Shown in pieces: positions 1 to 10,103 of a stretch of 64,000 nt of DNA; the stretch's first letter is position 1; the number at the start of each line of letters is the position of its first letter. The DNA comes from an uncultured Chlamydiae bacterium. Lineage in GTDB: Bacteria > Chlamydiota > Chlamydiia > Chlamydiales > SM23-39. Below the pieces are notes generated by a model. The model searched no databases. It was given only the letters and a program-made list of their open reading frames with translations, and had not been told where the DNA came from. Location: NCBI GenBank assembly GCA_963730605.1, contig CAVSSM010000007.1, positions 1 to 64,000 on the forward strand, in the 5' to 3' direction. Made by a program: the position numbers and the translations under genes.

Positions 1-14
1 CTCGCACATCGCGT
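1..14. repeat. End of an IS982-type terminal inverted repeat (element continues outside the window)
   Basis: CTCGCACATCGCGT is identical to the right end of the IS982 element at 57111-57124. Confidence 0.6.
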
Positions 15-298
15 AATTTTGTGTTTTTTTATCCTGCTCATCTTGCCGCCGAAGGCGATCCTCCCGCGAAGCGGATCTTGTTTTTCTTTTTAAGCGATTT
101 ATCATGCAATCTCCCTGATATTGCCCCGCAAGTCTTGAATCGAAAATCGGCTCAAAAGAACCGAAAAATCGACAAAATCTCACATTGTAGACACCCTCTG
201 AACAAATACCGAACTTAGGACAATTGAAAAATCAGTTCATATTACAAAAAATTAATTTAAATGGATTTTAGAGTCTTTATTCTGTATAATTAATTCAA

Positions 299-2440
299 AT
301 GAATTATTTAGATTATGCCCGACATGCGATTTATTTGCCAGATACATATTATCGTCGGTTTGATTTAGATTTAGAGCCGGCACGCGAAACGATCACCCGA
401 GTCGCGCTCGCATCTCTTCCATTTGTTGCTCTTTATCGTCCCGTTAGTGTTGCGCTCTCTCTCGGAATGAATGGAGCGCGTACCCTCACTCATTTGCAAA
501 ATGTGCTTTTGAGCCAAGACCGAAGGGATTGGAGGGCGTGTGCTATTGAGACAGGACAAGCCTCTTTAGCCGCCCTCTCTTTGGCTGCCGCTCTCTACAC
601 CCAAGCAACGGCGCTTTTCATCACGACCGGATGGGACGCTCTCCATGGAGCGGGTGCTTCTTGCCAATCTCTATGGCAAGGGGAGTATTCGAGAGCGTTC
701 GAGGAAGCGCTCCAAGCTTTTGGCTCGGCTGCCTACTTAAGTTTCATGGTGACGGGGGCCCTCGAGGCGATGGTTGCCTTCGCCCTTTTCCAATCATCGG
801 TCTCTCTTTATCAGGCCCGCCATGAGATTGCCCAGGGCCGCTATTTCGAGGGATGCGCGAAGTTCGCTCTGGCTGGCGTCCGCTTACACCAGGCGGGCCA
901 ATATGTGCAAAAGATCCAGCAGCGAAACGCCTACATGGAAATGCAACAAGTCAGAACTCTTTTCTTGAAGATCCTGCGCGGGCGAGAGGGCGCCCATCTC
1001 TTGCGGCATCCTCTTTCTTCTTTGAAAGAAAGCATCGAGACGAAAGAGATGGTGCTGGAGGACGGGAAAGGAAACGAGGTCCGCTTTGGCGCTCATTTTC
1101 ATGGTAATGGCGGCTCTCTTGTCAAAGGGGAAAATCTTGCGTTTCGAACCAAAATCATCGATGGGAAAAAAGTGACGGAGCTCGACTTCAAGGTCAACCA
1201 CGCCTTCCGAGAGGCCATCGATCAGTCGCTGCAAGAGCTCAAATATGTGAGACCGAAGGAAATAGGGGAAATTCTTAAGCTTGCCGGCTCTCACGCCGAG
1301 GGGATTTCGATCGACTCGGGCTCTTTCTTGTCCGGCTCCGATGCAGGATTTTTTTTCGGGCCGGGCGTAGCGCACAAAATCAAAATCGACGGACTTGGCA
1401 CTATTTTGATCGGCTCATCGTCCGATCAGCCGAGCCTCTATGATCGGGTCGTCGTTCGTCTCGATGCAAACCAGACCCTTTTTGAGCTTCACGAGATGCT
1501 TTCGCTCATCGATCTCGACCGGGCGCTATGCCTTTCATTGCCAGAGGATATCGAGAGGCTCAAGATGGGCCATCTTTTCCGCACTTTTTTTCCTAGGGAG
1601 GCAATGCCGTTTGAGAGGAAAGAGGAATTCTTCTCGATGCCGCTGGATCAATTGAAGGCGAAGATGATCGAGAAGGTCCCTGAAATGCAGGGCGTCTTCG
1701 ATACCTATTTCGAGAGGATGCAAGAAGAGCATCTTTTCGACGGCAGGGTCCGCTACCGGATCATCGGATTGGCCGAGGCGGCTCGGGCGCAAGGGGCAAG
1801 AGCCCTTACGGCAGCCATCATGGGAGCCCATCAGGATCAGGAACTCTACGAGCGGGTCGCTTCGATGATCCGGACGGGAATGATTGCCACACAAATCAGG
1901 GATGCGAATGATTTTGGCCATCATGGACTTGGCGGTTCCGGCGTCGACTATTGGTCAGGAGGAGCGGATAGCGTCTATACACAGCTTCTCACAGAAAAAA
2001 ACTGCACGGATGAGATGCCGTTCCACCAACTGAACTATCAAAGCAAAGTGCGGCTTCTCATTTCTCTTGACGCCCTGGAAACCGGGACGTATCAGTATCA
2101 CACCGACAGCTTTGGGAATCGGGTTTATTCCTCCAACTTGGGATGGTGGCAGTACCAAGAAGCCTATGGAAAGCGGGATGGGATCTTGGAATTTATCGAA
2201 AAGGAGCAGGCGACCCCTGTCGTTAACGGCGGGCACGAAGTGATGCTGAAAGAGCGGATAGCACCCTCTTTTTTCACGGGGCTCGTTGTCCAAGACGAAA
2301 AAACGAAAACCAGCCTCGTCGATTACCTCCGCGCCTCTGGCCTCATCCAAAACGATTCCATCCTCAATGCCCCCGTCGACTGGTTCATCCGCGTCGGCAC
2401 CAAAGTCACGAACGAGCTGATCACCCCTATACACAAATGA
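299..2440 (+). CDS. Hypothetical protein, 713 aa, with hydrophobic Ala/Leu-rich N-terminal helices and a soluble C-terminal domain
   Basis: Long ORF with AT-rich upstream region (TATAAT at about 285); no family recognised. Confidence 0.75.
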   Translation: MNYLDYARHAIYLPDTYYRRFDLDLEPARETITRVALASLPFVALYRPVSVALSLGMNGARTLTHLQNVLLSQDRRDWRACAIETGQASLAALSLAAALYTQATALFITTGWDALHGAGASCQSLWQGEYSRAFEEALQAFGSAAYLSFMVTGALEAMVAFALFQSSVSLYQARHEIAQGRYFEGCAKFALAGVRLHQAGQYVQKIQQRNAYMEMQQVRTLFLKILRGREGAHLLRHPLSSLKESIETKEMVLEDGKGNEVRFGAHFHGNGGSLVKGENLAFRTKIIDGKKVTELDFKVNHAFREAIDQSLQELKYVRPKEIGEILKLAGSHAEGISIDSGSFLSGSDAGFFFGPGVAHKIKIDGLGTILIGSSSDQPSLYDRVVVRLDANQTLFELHEMLSLIDLDRALCLSLPEDIERLKMGHLFRTFFPREAMPFERKEEFFSMPLDQLKAKMIEKVPEMQGVFDTYFERMQEEHLFDGRVRYRIIGLAEAARAQGARALTAAIMGAHQDQELYERVASMIRTGMIATQIRDANDFGHHGLGGSGVDYWSGGADSVYTQLLTEKNCTDEMPFHQLNYQSKVRLLISLDALETGTYQYHTDSFGNRVYSSNLGWWQYQEAYGKRDGILEFIEKEQATPVVNGGHEVMLKERIAPSFFTGLVVQDEKTKTSLVDYLRASGLIQNDSILNAPVDWFIRVGTKVTNELITPIHK

Positions 2441-2600
2441 CTTCAAAAGTTGGGAATATGCCGAGGCTATGGACACTTGAAAAAGCTCGGGAGTTCGAGT
2501 TTTTTCAAGGGAAGCAGCCCTGAATTTGAGTCAGGCTTTGCCGACGCCGGATCCGGGGTCCCCAAAAAACGCATCGTCTTTGGGGTGGGGTGCAGGCGGG
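2428..2600 (+). mobile_element. Diverged, internally deleted relative of MITE-A (IS630-like end)
   Basis: Starts TATAC-N9-TTCAAAA like the IS630 ends; GGGAAT..GGACACT-hairpin-GAAGCAGC and GGGGTCCCCAAAAAACGCATCGTCTTTGGGGTGGGG are collinear with the minus strand of MITE-A; no right TIR found. Confidence 0.65.
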
Positions 2601-2637
2601 CTCAAAGGCAGTGGCTGTCCGACGAAGGCAGGTCGAA

Positions 2638-4542
2638 TTAGTCGAATTTGAAGGGTTTTTGGAGCCGGCGCCGTAAGTAGTAGGAAGCGCCGAGCCCGAT
2701 TGCAATCGCACCGCCTACAACGAAGAGGTTCGGGAACGTGAGATGCGGGAACGGCGGCTGGGCCAAGCGTCCCACCCTCGATCCTGGAGGCCAGAATAAG
2801 AAGCTCGGGCCGCCGCGGATATTCTCTTCGGGGACAAAGCCGAACATGCGACTGTCGGCGCTCATGGCATGGTTATCGCCGAGAGCCAGATACATTTTAT
2901 CAGGGATGACAAGCCCGAACTTCCGGATGAAGTCAGCATCGATTTTTCCATCGCTTGTCATTGGAGGCCCCGCATCGTCAAAAGGAAAATAGGGACGAAC
3001 CGAGGTGGACATCGATTGTTTCTGATACTCTTTTTTGAGAAATAAGGTCATCTCAGGATCTGCCGAGAGGACAATCGGAGAGCCAAGTAGATAAAGGTCG
3101 TGGTTGCGGAAGTAGGCATATCGGGAAGGGTGGATACGCCTGCTCTCGGAAGGATTGTAAAAGTTGACGAATTCAATGCCGAGATTGTAGAGGAGTTGAA
3201 CGCGTTCGGGGTCGTTTCGGTAGAGCGGATGGTCCGCGGAAAGTTCTGAGGTGACCCCTCCCCAAAGAACTTTGTAAGCCTTGCCATTTTGGATTTCATA
3301 GGTTCCATCTGGAATATCAGGTAGATGCGGCAAATAGGGAAGGGATGCGGGATTCTTGATATTCATCCCATAGCGGTAGGCAACTCCCTTCTCCATGACA
3401 AAGCGGCAAGTAGTGAGATGACGGAAGATCTTCTTGACGTGTTCTTGAGTCAAAGCCATGAGCGATGCGTGAGTTCCGAAATCAGGCCTCAGGCGGTTGT
3501 TCTCATCTCGGATCATGCTCCCGTTTCGAAAGTTCGGGTGATGCGTAAGGTCTAGAAAAAGGATCCCTTTGCCGATGTCTTGGGTAGAGCCTGGATAGAA
3601 TTTCTCAGCCTGCTCCGGTGTGAGAAGGCGCGCCATGGCATAGTTTTTAAATCCCCAAAGATCGCTGTAGTTTGCAAGGGAGCCTTTCCCTGGCCGAGCT
3701 AGCATTTCTCCTGAAATGACTGCTCCAATCTGATTGAGGGAGAGCTTGGCGACTGGGATGTTCATCTGGTAGAAAGTGGCATCCTTGAAAATGCCTTGTT
3801 TCAAACCGGACGTTTCCACTTTGCCGTCGAAACGGATAAAGGGGATGTGTTCGAGAGACTGCATCCAATCGGGATTGCGCAGCGCGGTGATCTCTTTTCC
3901 TTGGGCGTTGATGCCGTAAATCTGGCCCCCGTAAAAGTAAAGGATGTCTCCCGGTTTTCCTATGAGCCGTTTGACGAACAATTTTTTCCCCGGAAAGAGG
4001 TAGAAATAGGTCGTGTCCCCATCGGCGATATCCATGTTTTCTCCGGAGAAGACAAAAATGCCGCCCCTCTGGACAAGAGTTGGATCGAAGTAAAAATGGG
4101 CGGGGCGCAAAGGGACGTTGATCCCGTAATCGGTTTTGGAAACCACAAGAAAATCGCCCTCTTTCAATGTGGGGCGCATGGAGCCTGTGGGAATGGTGTA
4201 AGGCTCAAACCACATGGTCCGGATCGCCACCGCGACAAGAAGGGCAAATGCGATCGCGCCGACGAAATCCCTCATTTTATCCCAAGCAGTTCTCGGCATG
4301 AGGCGTCTTGCCGTTTTTGAGAGCTGCTCTCCGATCTGAGCGGCAATCGCCGCATCCTTTTGGAGAATGGCCGTCTGAAGGCTTGTCAGGTGCGATTGGA
4401 GCCGCTCTTTTGACGCGGGGTCAAGGGCTTTCGATTTCTTGCGATAAAGGCGGTAGTGCTGCCTTAGCACCCGCTTCATCTTGTTCAGTGTGTAGAGGGA
4501 GGTAACTTTTTTTACGACCATGCGAAAAACGCTCCATTTCAA
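2638..4542 (-). CDS. lepB: Signal peptidase I, long chlamydial type
   Basis: IPTGSMRPTL (catalytic Ser), FVKRLIGKPGD (Lys) and LGDNHAMSADSR motifs; true start may be slightly downstream. Confidence 0.93.
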   Translation of the reverse strand: MKWSVFRMVVKKVTSLYTLNKMKRVLRQHYRLYRKKSKALDPASKERLQSHLTSLQTAILQKDAAIAAQIGEQLSKTARRLMPRTAWDKMRDFVGAIAFALLVAVAIRTMWFEPYTIPTGSMRPTLKEGDFLVVSKTDYGINVPLRPAHFYFDPTLVQRGGIFVFSGENMDIADGDTTYFYLFPGKKLFVKRLIGKPGDILYFYGGQIYGINAQGKEITALRNPDWMQSLEHIPFIRFDGKVETSGLKQGIFKDATFYQMNIPVAKLSLNQIGAVISGEMLARPGKGSLANYSDLWGFKNYAMARLLTPEQAEKFYPGSTQDIGKGILFLDLTHHPNFRNGSMIRDENNRLRPDFGTHASLMALTQEHVKKIFRHLTTCRFVMEKGVAYRYGMNIKNPASLPYLPHLPDIPDGTYEIQNGKAYKVLWGGVTSELSADHPLYRNDPERVQLLYNLGIEFVNFYNPSESRRIHPSRYAYFRNHDLYLLGSPIVLSADPEMTLFLKKEYQKQSMSTSVRPYFPFDDAGPPMTSDGKIDADFIRKFGLVIPDKMYLALGDNHAMSADSRMFGFVPEENIRGGPSFLFWPPGSRVGRLAQPPFPHLTFPNLFVVGGAIAIGLGASYYLRRRLQKPFKFD

Positions 4543-4635
4543 AAAGGATACTGGAACTGTTGGTAAAGGACAAGGTGAAAAATCATGAGTAAATATTTGT
4601 TGATAAGTTTTTTAAGAATTTGAATGCGAGTATGT

Positions 4636-4953
4636 TATACCGCTCGTGATTGAAAAAATCGGTTTTGGTGCGACGCCCCACCCCAAAAACGATGCGTTTC
4701 TGGGGACCCCGGTGGCGGCGTCGGCTTTGACTCGGATTTTTCATCTTCGCTTCCGAGGCAATTCGCTACGCTCATCTGCTCCGCACTGCGAAGGCCCACC
4801 GGACCTTCTCGTGTTTCCGCAGCCTTGCCTTTGGCAAAGTCCCTCGCTCCAGCTGAAAAATCTGAGGAGCTGCTTCGCTCAAAAACAGTCCCCCGGACTG
4901 TTTTTGAGTGTCCACAGTGCCCAATTCCCGTTTTTTCAATCTCTCCCGGTATA
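4636..4953. mobile_element. MITE-A copy 1 (IS630-type, TA duplication)
   Basis: Ends TATACCGCTCGTGATTGAAAAA and TTTTTCAATCTCTCCCGGTATA; near-identical to 30663-30979. Confidence 0.9.
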
Positions 4954-5985
4954 TGGAGATGGGTTCCAAGCGAAGGGCTTGGTAGTTTCAGTGTAGGATT
5001 CGCTGTGGCCGGTGGGGACGATGAGCCAGGTATAGCGATGGGCGGCCTTGAGGACATTCTTCAATTCTTCCTCCGGGATTTCGATCGTGAGGAGGTCTTC
5101 CTTTCCAAGGGTGAGGGTATGGGTGATCGGACAGAGCTCTTTTTCACGGGTAGTGACATCGATCGCGAAGAGATCGAAGTGGCGGAAATATTTTGGGCTT
5201 TTCAAAGAAAGCCTTAGACCGCTTTTGATCTTTTGAGGCTCCCCGACAAACTGGGGGGTCCTTTTGGGAAATTTGCGATAGGGAGAAGGAAAATTTTTGC
5301 CCGTGTCGATCGTCCTGAGAGCCACGTTGGCGTGGGCTGCCTCCACCTGGATCCAAAAGGGGAGAGGGACTTTTCCCGCTCGGTCGAAGTAAAGGATGAC
5401 CGTATTGCCGGAAAGTGGAGATGAATCGAGCGGCCAGGCGGTCTCATAAACGTCGAAATGGACCTTTTCTTGTTTTTTTCCTTCAAATAGGGCAGGAGGC
5501 TCCCAGATTTTTCGGGTATCGATTTCTCCCTGCAGCGGCGGCAGCCCGATCTTGCGCCTTTTCTCCGGAGGGACTGGCTGGAGAGGCAGGTTCAGCAGGG
5601 TGGCCAAGAGGCTTTCGACTGAGGAGATCTGAACCCAAGAAGCTCTTGTAAAGGAATAACACTCAAGGATCTCGCCGCTCACACGGTCGAACTCAATCAT
5701 CGACCAAGACGTATGTCCTGGAGCTTTTGCTTTGATCCACTCGTTCCACGATGCTGGCCGCTTTTTAAGGGTTTCCGATGGAATGCTCACTTCTTCGAGA
5801 ACGATGGACCCGGGTGTGACGGAGCGGATCGATAAGACGGTGATCAGTTTGCCCCCTTCGACCACGAGGTAGTCGCCAGAGGACGCTTTGGCGATCCTAT
5901 CTTGTAAAGAGAACCCGAAAAGAGGGCTCAAAGCCAGGCCCAAGACAAGGATGGCTAAGGCGGTCAAACATCGTAACATACTCAT
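4936..5985 (-). CDS. Conserved chlamydial hypothetical exported protein (probable CT021-like, upstream of lepB)
   Basis: 349-aa ORF with signal-like N-terminus; position next to lepB; last 5 aa are supplied by MITE-A. Confidence 0.7.
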   Translation of the reverse strand: MSMLRCLTALAILVLGLALSPLFGFSLQDRIAKASSGDYLVVEGGKLITVLSIRSVTPGSIVLEEVSIPSETLKKRPASWNEWIKAKAPGHTSWSMIEFDRVSGEILECYSFTRASWVQISSVESLLATLLNLPLQPVPPEKRRKIGLPPLQGEIDTRKIWEPPALFEGKKQEKVHFDVYETAWPLDSSPLSGNTVILYFDRAGKVPLPFWIQVEAAHANVALRTIDTGKNFPSPYRKFPKRTPQFVGEPQKIKSGLRLSLKSPKYFRHFDLFAIDVTTREKELCPITHTLTLGKEDLLTIEIPEEELKNVLKAAHRYTWLIVPTGHSESYTETTKPFAWNPSPYTGRD

Positions 5986-6085
5986 CTAGTGTAATTCACC
6001 TTGCTTTTACATACTACCCCCTTTCTATCCCCTTTTCATTTGCCAAGAGGGGCGAGATAAGATATAGGACAAACTATACATAAAC

Positions 6086-6610
6086 ATGGTTATGAAGCGG
6101 ACGTTTTCGATCACCTTGATCCTTTTTATTTTCGTCTGGGCCTTTGCCGCGCTGGACAGTATCGGCAAAAGGCGGGTCAAACCTGCATCCCTTGGAACGG
6201 GCAGCTCGGCGCAATCTCGGCCCTTCAGGGCCGAGTCAAGCGCCGGGGTCCTCGCAAATGCATCATTTGCGGAGCGGAGAATCTCCCTCCTCTCAGGAGG
6301 GAGTTCTTCCATCCAACTCCTTGCAGACTCTCAAGAGATCCAATTCCTTGCAGAGAACCCGGCGATTGCAGCGCAAGTACAAGAAATCGACCGGCAGATA
6401 ACAGAGTTGCAAGCGATGAAAAGAGGTTTTGAGGCAAGGGCTTTGCGCCATGAAGACTATGCTCAGCGGCTCCAGTTCGAAGACCGTGCGGTGCTGGAGA
6501 CAAGGCGGCATCTTGAACTGGCGGATGAAAACCGGGCAAAAGCCGATCGAGTGCAGCAAGAGATCGATCGGCTCCAGATTGAAAGACGCAAACTCTTGAA
6601 ATCCGGATGA
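6086..6610 (+). CDS. Hypothetical exported coiled-coil protein
   Basis: Signal peptide-like N-terminus and heptad-rich C-terminus; ATGA overlap with pncB. Confidence 0.7.
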   Translation: MVMKRTFSITLILFIFVWAFAALDSIGKRRVKPASLGTGSSAQSRPFRAESSAGVLANASFAERRISLLSGGSSSIQLLADSQEIQFLAENPAIAAQVQEIDRQITELQAMKRGFEARALRHEDYAQRLQFEDRAVLETRRHLELADENRAKADRVQQEIDRLQIERRKLLKSG

Positions 6611-8082
6611 GTCAAGTCGAACGCTCCCCCATCCAAAGCGGCTCGCTGGCCCTTCTCACCGATCTCTATCAATTGACCATGGTATACGGCTATTGGAAGG
6701 CGGGCCTATCGGACAGGCAGGCCGTCTTTCATCTTAACTTCCGCAGGTGGCCCTTTAAGGGAGGCTTTGCTATCGCGGCCGGGTTAAAGACCGCTGTCGA
6801 CTTCCTCCTGAATTTCAAATTTTCCAAAAGCGATCTCGATTATTTAGCGTCTTTGCAAGACGAAGATGGGGATCCCTTATTCGAGAAGGATTTTTTGCTC
6901 TTTCTTTCCTCCTTTAGCTTCAGTTGCGATTTTGATGCGGTGCCCGAAGGAACTCTTGTCTTCCCTTACGAGCCTCTAATCCGGGTTAAAGGGCCGATCT
7001 GGCAAGCGCAACTACTGGAGAGCCCGATGCTCAACTACATCAATTTTCAAACCTTGATCGCTACGAAAGCGGCGCGTATCTGCATGGCGGCCCGGCCTGA
7101 TCCCGTCATTGAATTCGGGATGCGGCGGGCGCAAGGCCCTGATGGAGCGATTTCGGCCAGCCGCGCTGCCTACATCGGCGGTTGCGTAGCAACCTCTGAT
7201 GTGATCGCGGGGAAGCTCTTCGGCATTCCCGTGAAGGGGACGCACGCCCATAGCTGGGTCATGGCGTTCGATGAAGAAAAAGCGGCCTTCGAAATGTTTG
7301 CCGAAATCATGCCTAAGGGTTGCGTGATGCTGATCGACACCTACGATTCGGTGGAAGGGACGAAACGGGCCGTCGAAGTAGGTCGGGAAATGAGAAAGAG
7401 GGGATCCGATCTTTATGGAGTGCGGCTGGATTCGGGAGATTTGGCCCGTTTAAGCATCGAGGTCAGAAAGATCTTGGATCGAGAAGGGTTTGCCGAGACG
7501 GCCATCATGGCCAGCAATGAACTCGACGAATACCTGATCCGCGACCTGAAGCAGCAAGGAGCGAAAATCACGATCTGGGGCGTCGGGACTCATCTTGTAA
7601 CAGGAAATCAGCAGCCTGCCCTCGATGGGGTCTACAAGTTATCGGCGATCCAAAATGCAAAAGGGGAGTGGATTCCAAAGATCAAACTTTCTGAGCAAAC
7701 CGCAAAAGCGACGAACCCGGGGATTTTGCAAATCCGCCGGTTTTTCGACGGAAAGTTCTATGTCGGCGACGGCATCTTCGACGAGCTGACTCGAGTTGAA
7801 GAACCATTCCAGATCGTCGATATCCTCGATCCGAATAATGAAAAGCAGTTTTCCGACGGGATGTCGCACGAGGATCTTCTAGTGCCCATTTTCAGAAAAG
7901 GGAAATTAGTGTACGATTTTCCTTCCCTTTCAGAAATCCAAAGACGCGCTCAGGTAGAATTGTCGCGGCTTCCGCCTAATATGGAGCGGCTTGTAAACCC
8001 GCAACCCTATTTTGCCGGCCTCGAGAAGGGACTGTATCGCAAAAAACTCGAATTGATTCGAAAGTTGAGAGGTGGGCGTTGA
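6607..8082 (+). CDS. pncB: Nicotinate phosphoribosyltransferase
   Basis: LLTDLYQLTM, EFGMRRAQG, GTHAHSWV, LIDTYD, VRLDSGDL and GVYKL motifs. Confidence 0.95.
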   Translation: MSQVERSPIQSGSLALLTDLYQLTMVYGYWKAGLSDRQAVFHLNFRRWPFKGGFAIAAGLKTAVDFLLNFKFSKSDLDYLASLQDEDGDPLFEKDFLLFLSSFSFSCDFDAVPEGTLVFPYEPLIRVKGPIWQAQLLESPMLNYINFQTLIATKAARICMAARPDPVIEFGMRRAQGPDGAISASRAAYIGGCVATSDVIAGKLFGIPVKGTHAHSWVMAFDEEKAAFEMFAEIMPKGCVMLIDTYDSVEGTKRAVEVGREMRKRGSDLYGVRLDSGDLARLSIEVRKILDREGFAETAIMASNELDEYLIRDLKQQGAKITIWGVGTHLVTGNQQPALDGVYKLSAIQNAKGEWIPKIKLSEQTAKATNPGILQIRRFFDGKFYVGDGIFDELTRVEEPFQIVDILDPNNEKQFSDGMSHEDLLVPIFRKGKLVYDFPSLSEIQRRAQVELSRLPPNMERLVNPQPYFAGLEKGLYRKKLELIRKLRGGR

Positions 8083-8711
8083 CCCCAAAAGGAGATTCGA
8101 AGACTTTAATCATCACTGATGTGCAACGGGACTTCATGCCTGGCGGCGCCCTTGGTATCAGCGGAGCGAATTTCATCATCGCTACGATCAATCAGCTCAT
8201 CCCTAAATTCGAGCATGTCGTCGCCGTGCGCGATTGGCATCCGTCCGGACATGTCAGTTTCGCATCGACCCATGGGAAACGGGTTGGGGAGACGGTTCAA
8301 ATTGGGGAGATCGAACAGATTCTCTGGCCTGACCATTGCATCCAAGAGTCTCGCGGGGCGCAACTGGCTGACGGGCTTCAAACCGAGAGAATCGAAGCCA
8401 TCTTCGACAAAGGAACCGATCCCTTGATCGATAGCTACAGCGTTTTTTTCGATACCAACCGCCACCGCTCGACAGGCCTTGCCGATTTTCTGAAAGACCA
8501 TAAGCTCAAAGATCTTTATTTCGTCGGCGTTGCGACTGATTATTGCGTCCTCTATTCGGTCTTGGACGCTCTGCAACTGGGGTTCAAGGTTACGGTCATC
8601 CGAGATGCTTGCCGCTCCATCAACCGGCGGCTCGGCGACGAAACCAAAGCTATCGATGCAATGAAAGCCAAAGGCGCCAAGATGGCCGCCTCCGAAAAAT
8701 TCTTGAAGTGA
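8079..8711 (+). CDS. pncA: Nicotinamidase/pyrazinamidase
   Basis: DVQRDFMPGG, DWHP, WPDHC, KG..YS and GVATDYCV motifs; adjacent to pncB. Confidence 0.93.
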   Translation: MTPKGDSKTLIITDVQRDFMPGGALGISGANFIIATINQLIPKFEHVVAVRDWHPSGHVSFASTHGKRVGETVQIGEIEQILWPDHCIQESRGAQLADGLQTERIEAIFDKGTDPLIDSYSVFFDTNRHRSTGLADFLKDHKLKDLYFVGVATDYCVLYSVLDALQLGFKVTVIRDACRSINRRLGDETKAIDAMKAKGAKMAASEKFLK

Positions 8712-8766
8712 CCAAATTTGCGTTAATAAAAACATGAACAAAGACAGTCGGGATGCTACGCAAAGT

Positions 8767-9085
8767 CCCCAAAGACGATGCGACTTTGGGGATCCCTTTT
8801 TCCCCAAACTCGATGCGACTTTGGGGATCCCTTTTTTCCCCAAACTCGATGCGACTTTGGGGATCCCTTTTTTCCCCAAACTCGATGCGACTTTGGGGAT
8901 CCCTTTTTCCCCAAACTCGATGCGACTTTGGGGGATCCCTTTTTTCCCCAAAGACGATGCGACTTTGGGGATCCCTTTTTTCCCCAAAGACGATGCGACT
9001 TTGGGGATCCCTTTTTTCCCCAAACTCGATGCGACTTTGGGGATCCCTCTTTCCCCAAACTCGATGCGACTTTGGGGACCCCTTT
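8767..9085. repeat. Tandem array of 9 palindromic units of about 35-37 bp: CCCCAAA(CTC/GAC)GATGCGACTTTGGGGATCCC-T5/6
   Basis: Units start at 8767, 8802, 8838, 8874, 8909, 8946, 8982, 9018 and 9053 (last one partial); no spacers. Confidence 0.95.
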
Positions 9086-9446
9086 GCTCCGCCCCTTCCG
9101 CCCAGGTGACCGATTCACTCGGGGGCCTCGCAAATGCATCGTTTGTGGGGTGAGGGTTCCGGCTTCGATAACCAGTCGCGCGAATTACAAGAGCCTCGCT
9201 ACTGCGTGCTCGGCAGAATCGCTTCCTATCGCGCCTTGCTCGTCGTCGTGCAGAGCACGCCTCCCCACTGAATACGGCGCGATTTCTCTTTGCCGGACGC
9301 GGGGATCCCGCTAATCGGTCTCGGGCTGCACTCAGGTTTCCCGCTTCGCGGGTCCCTTCCGAGCGCAGAATAGCCGCGCTACTTCGTGCGCCATTGGAGG
9401 ATTATCGTGGTTATTAACTCCCCCGCAACCACCTGCCCCTCCATCT

Positions 9447-9909
9447 GTGCAGTGCATTTATGGCCAAGCGAATGGGCAGACCTATGACCTGAACTATTAC
9501 CAGGAAGCTGCAAAAACCAATGGGGAGGCGGCTTATTGCCTTGCGCACATGTATCGAACAGGAAAAAATAGAGTAGAAAAATCATTAATTAATGCTTACG
9601 ATTCTTTAAGGCGTTCTGATTTACTGGGATGTAAACAGGCCCGAAAAGAATATTTTGATTGGGCTGATCGAGTAATGAACCTATCCTCCAATTCTTAATG
9701 ATTCATTTATGGTCGATTTTGAGGCGATTTTTCGTCGTCGACCGCCCGAAGTAAATATCGGGACGGTGATCTTTACGAGGGCGGAGGCGCGAAAAGCGCC
9801 CAAAAGCGTGCCGTAAAGGGATCGTGAAGAATTGGAGGATAGGTTCATGACCCAATACTTTGATCATACTCTAAATCCTGAAGAGATCCCTTTAGCCAGA
9901 CATATATAG
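9447..9909 (+). pseudogene. Sel1-like repeat gene fragment interrupted by MITE-B
   Basis: NGEAAYCLAHMYRTGKNRVEKS..A resembles an SLR repeat; removing the MITE plus one AT restores ...DRVMTQYFDHTLNPEEIPLARHI*. Confidence 0.55.
9677..9846. mobile_element. MITE-B copy 1 (170 bp, perfect 20-bp TIR GAACCTATCCTCCAATTCTT)
   Basis: Flanked by AT/AT; reverse complement of 53756-53925. Confidence 0.92.
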
Positions 9910-10103
9910 AATAATACGCGGTTATCCAATCGCTCTTGAATCGTCTGTATGAAATGTAAACCTTGTGGAAACCAAAGAAAACTTAAACTCCTCTGATAGT
10001 CAAGGAGTTAACGCTCTTTGCAATTTTCCTGCGGCTTTAGCCGGTAAGTCATTGACTTTTAATATGCCAGCATTTAAAATCTTACCAAAAAAGAAGAGGT
10101 TTT

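Noticed and set aside
8767..9085. CRISPR array
   Set aside because: The palindromic 36-bp units are directly adjacent with no unique spacers, and no cas genes are in the window
8734..9314. Repeat-peptide ORFs on both strands
   Set aside because: They are by-products of the DNA repeat; unit lengths of 35-37 bp do not preserve a frame
9086..9400. Group II intron fragment
   Set aside because: GTGCG occurs, but no domain V/VI or reverse transcriptase sequence was found
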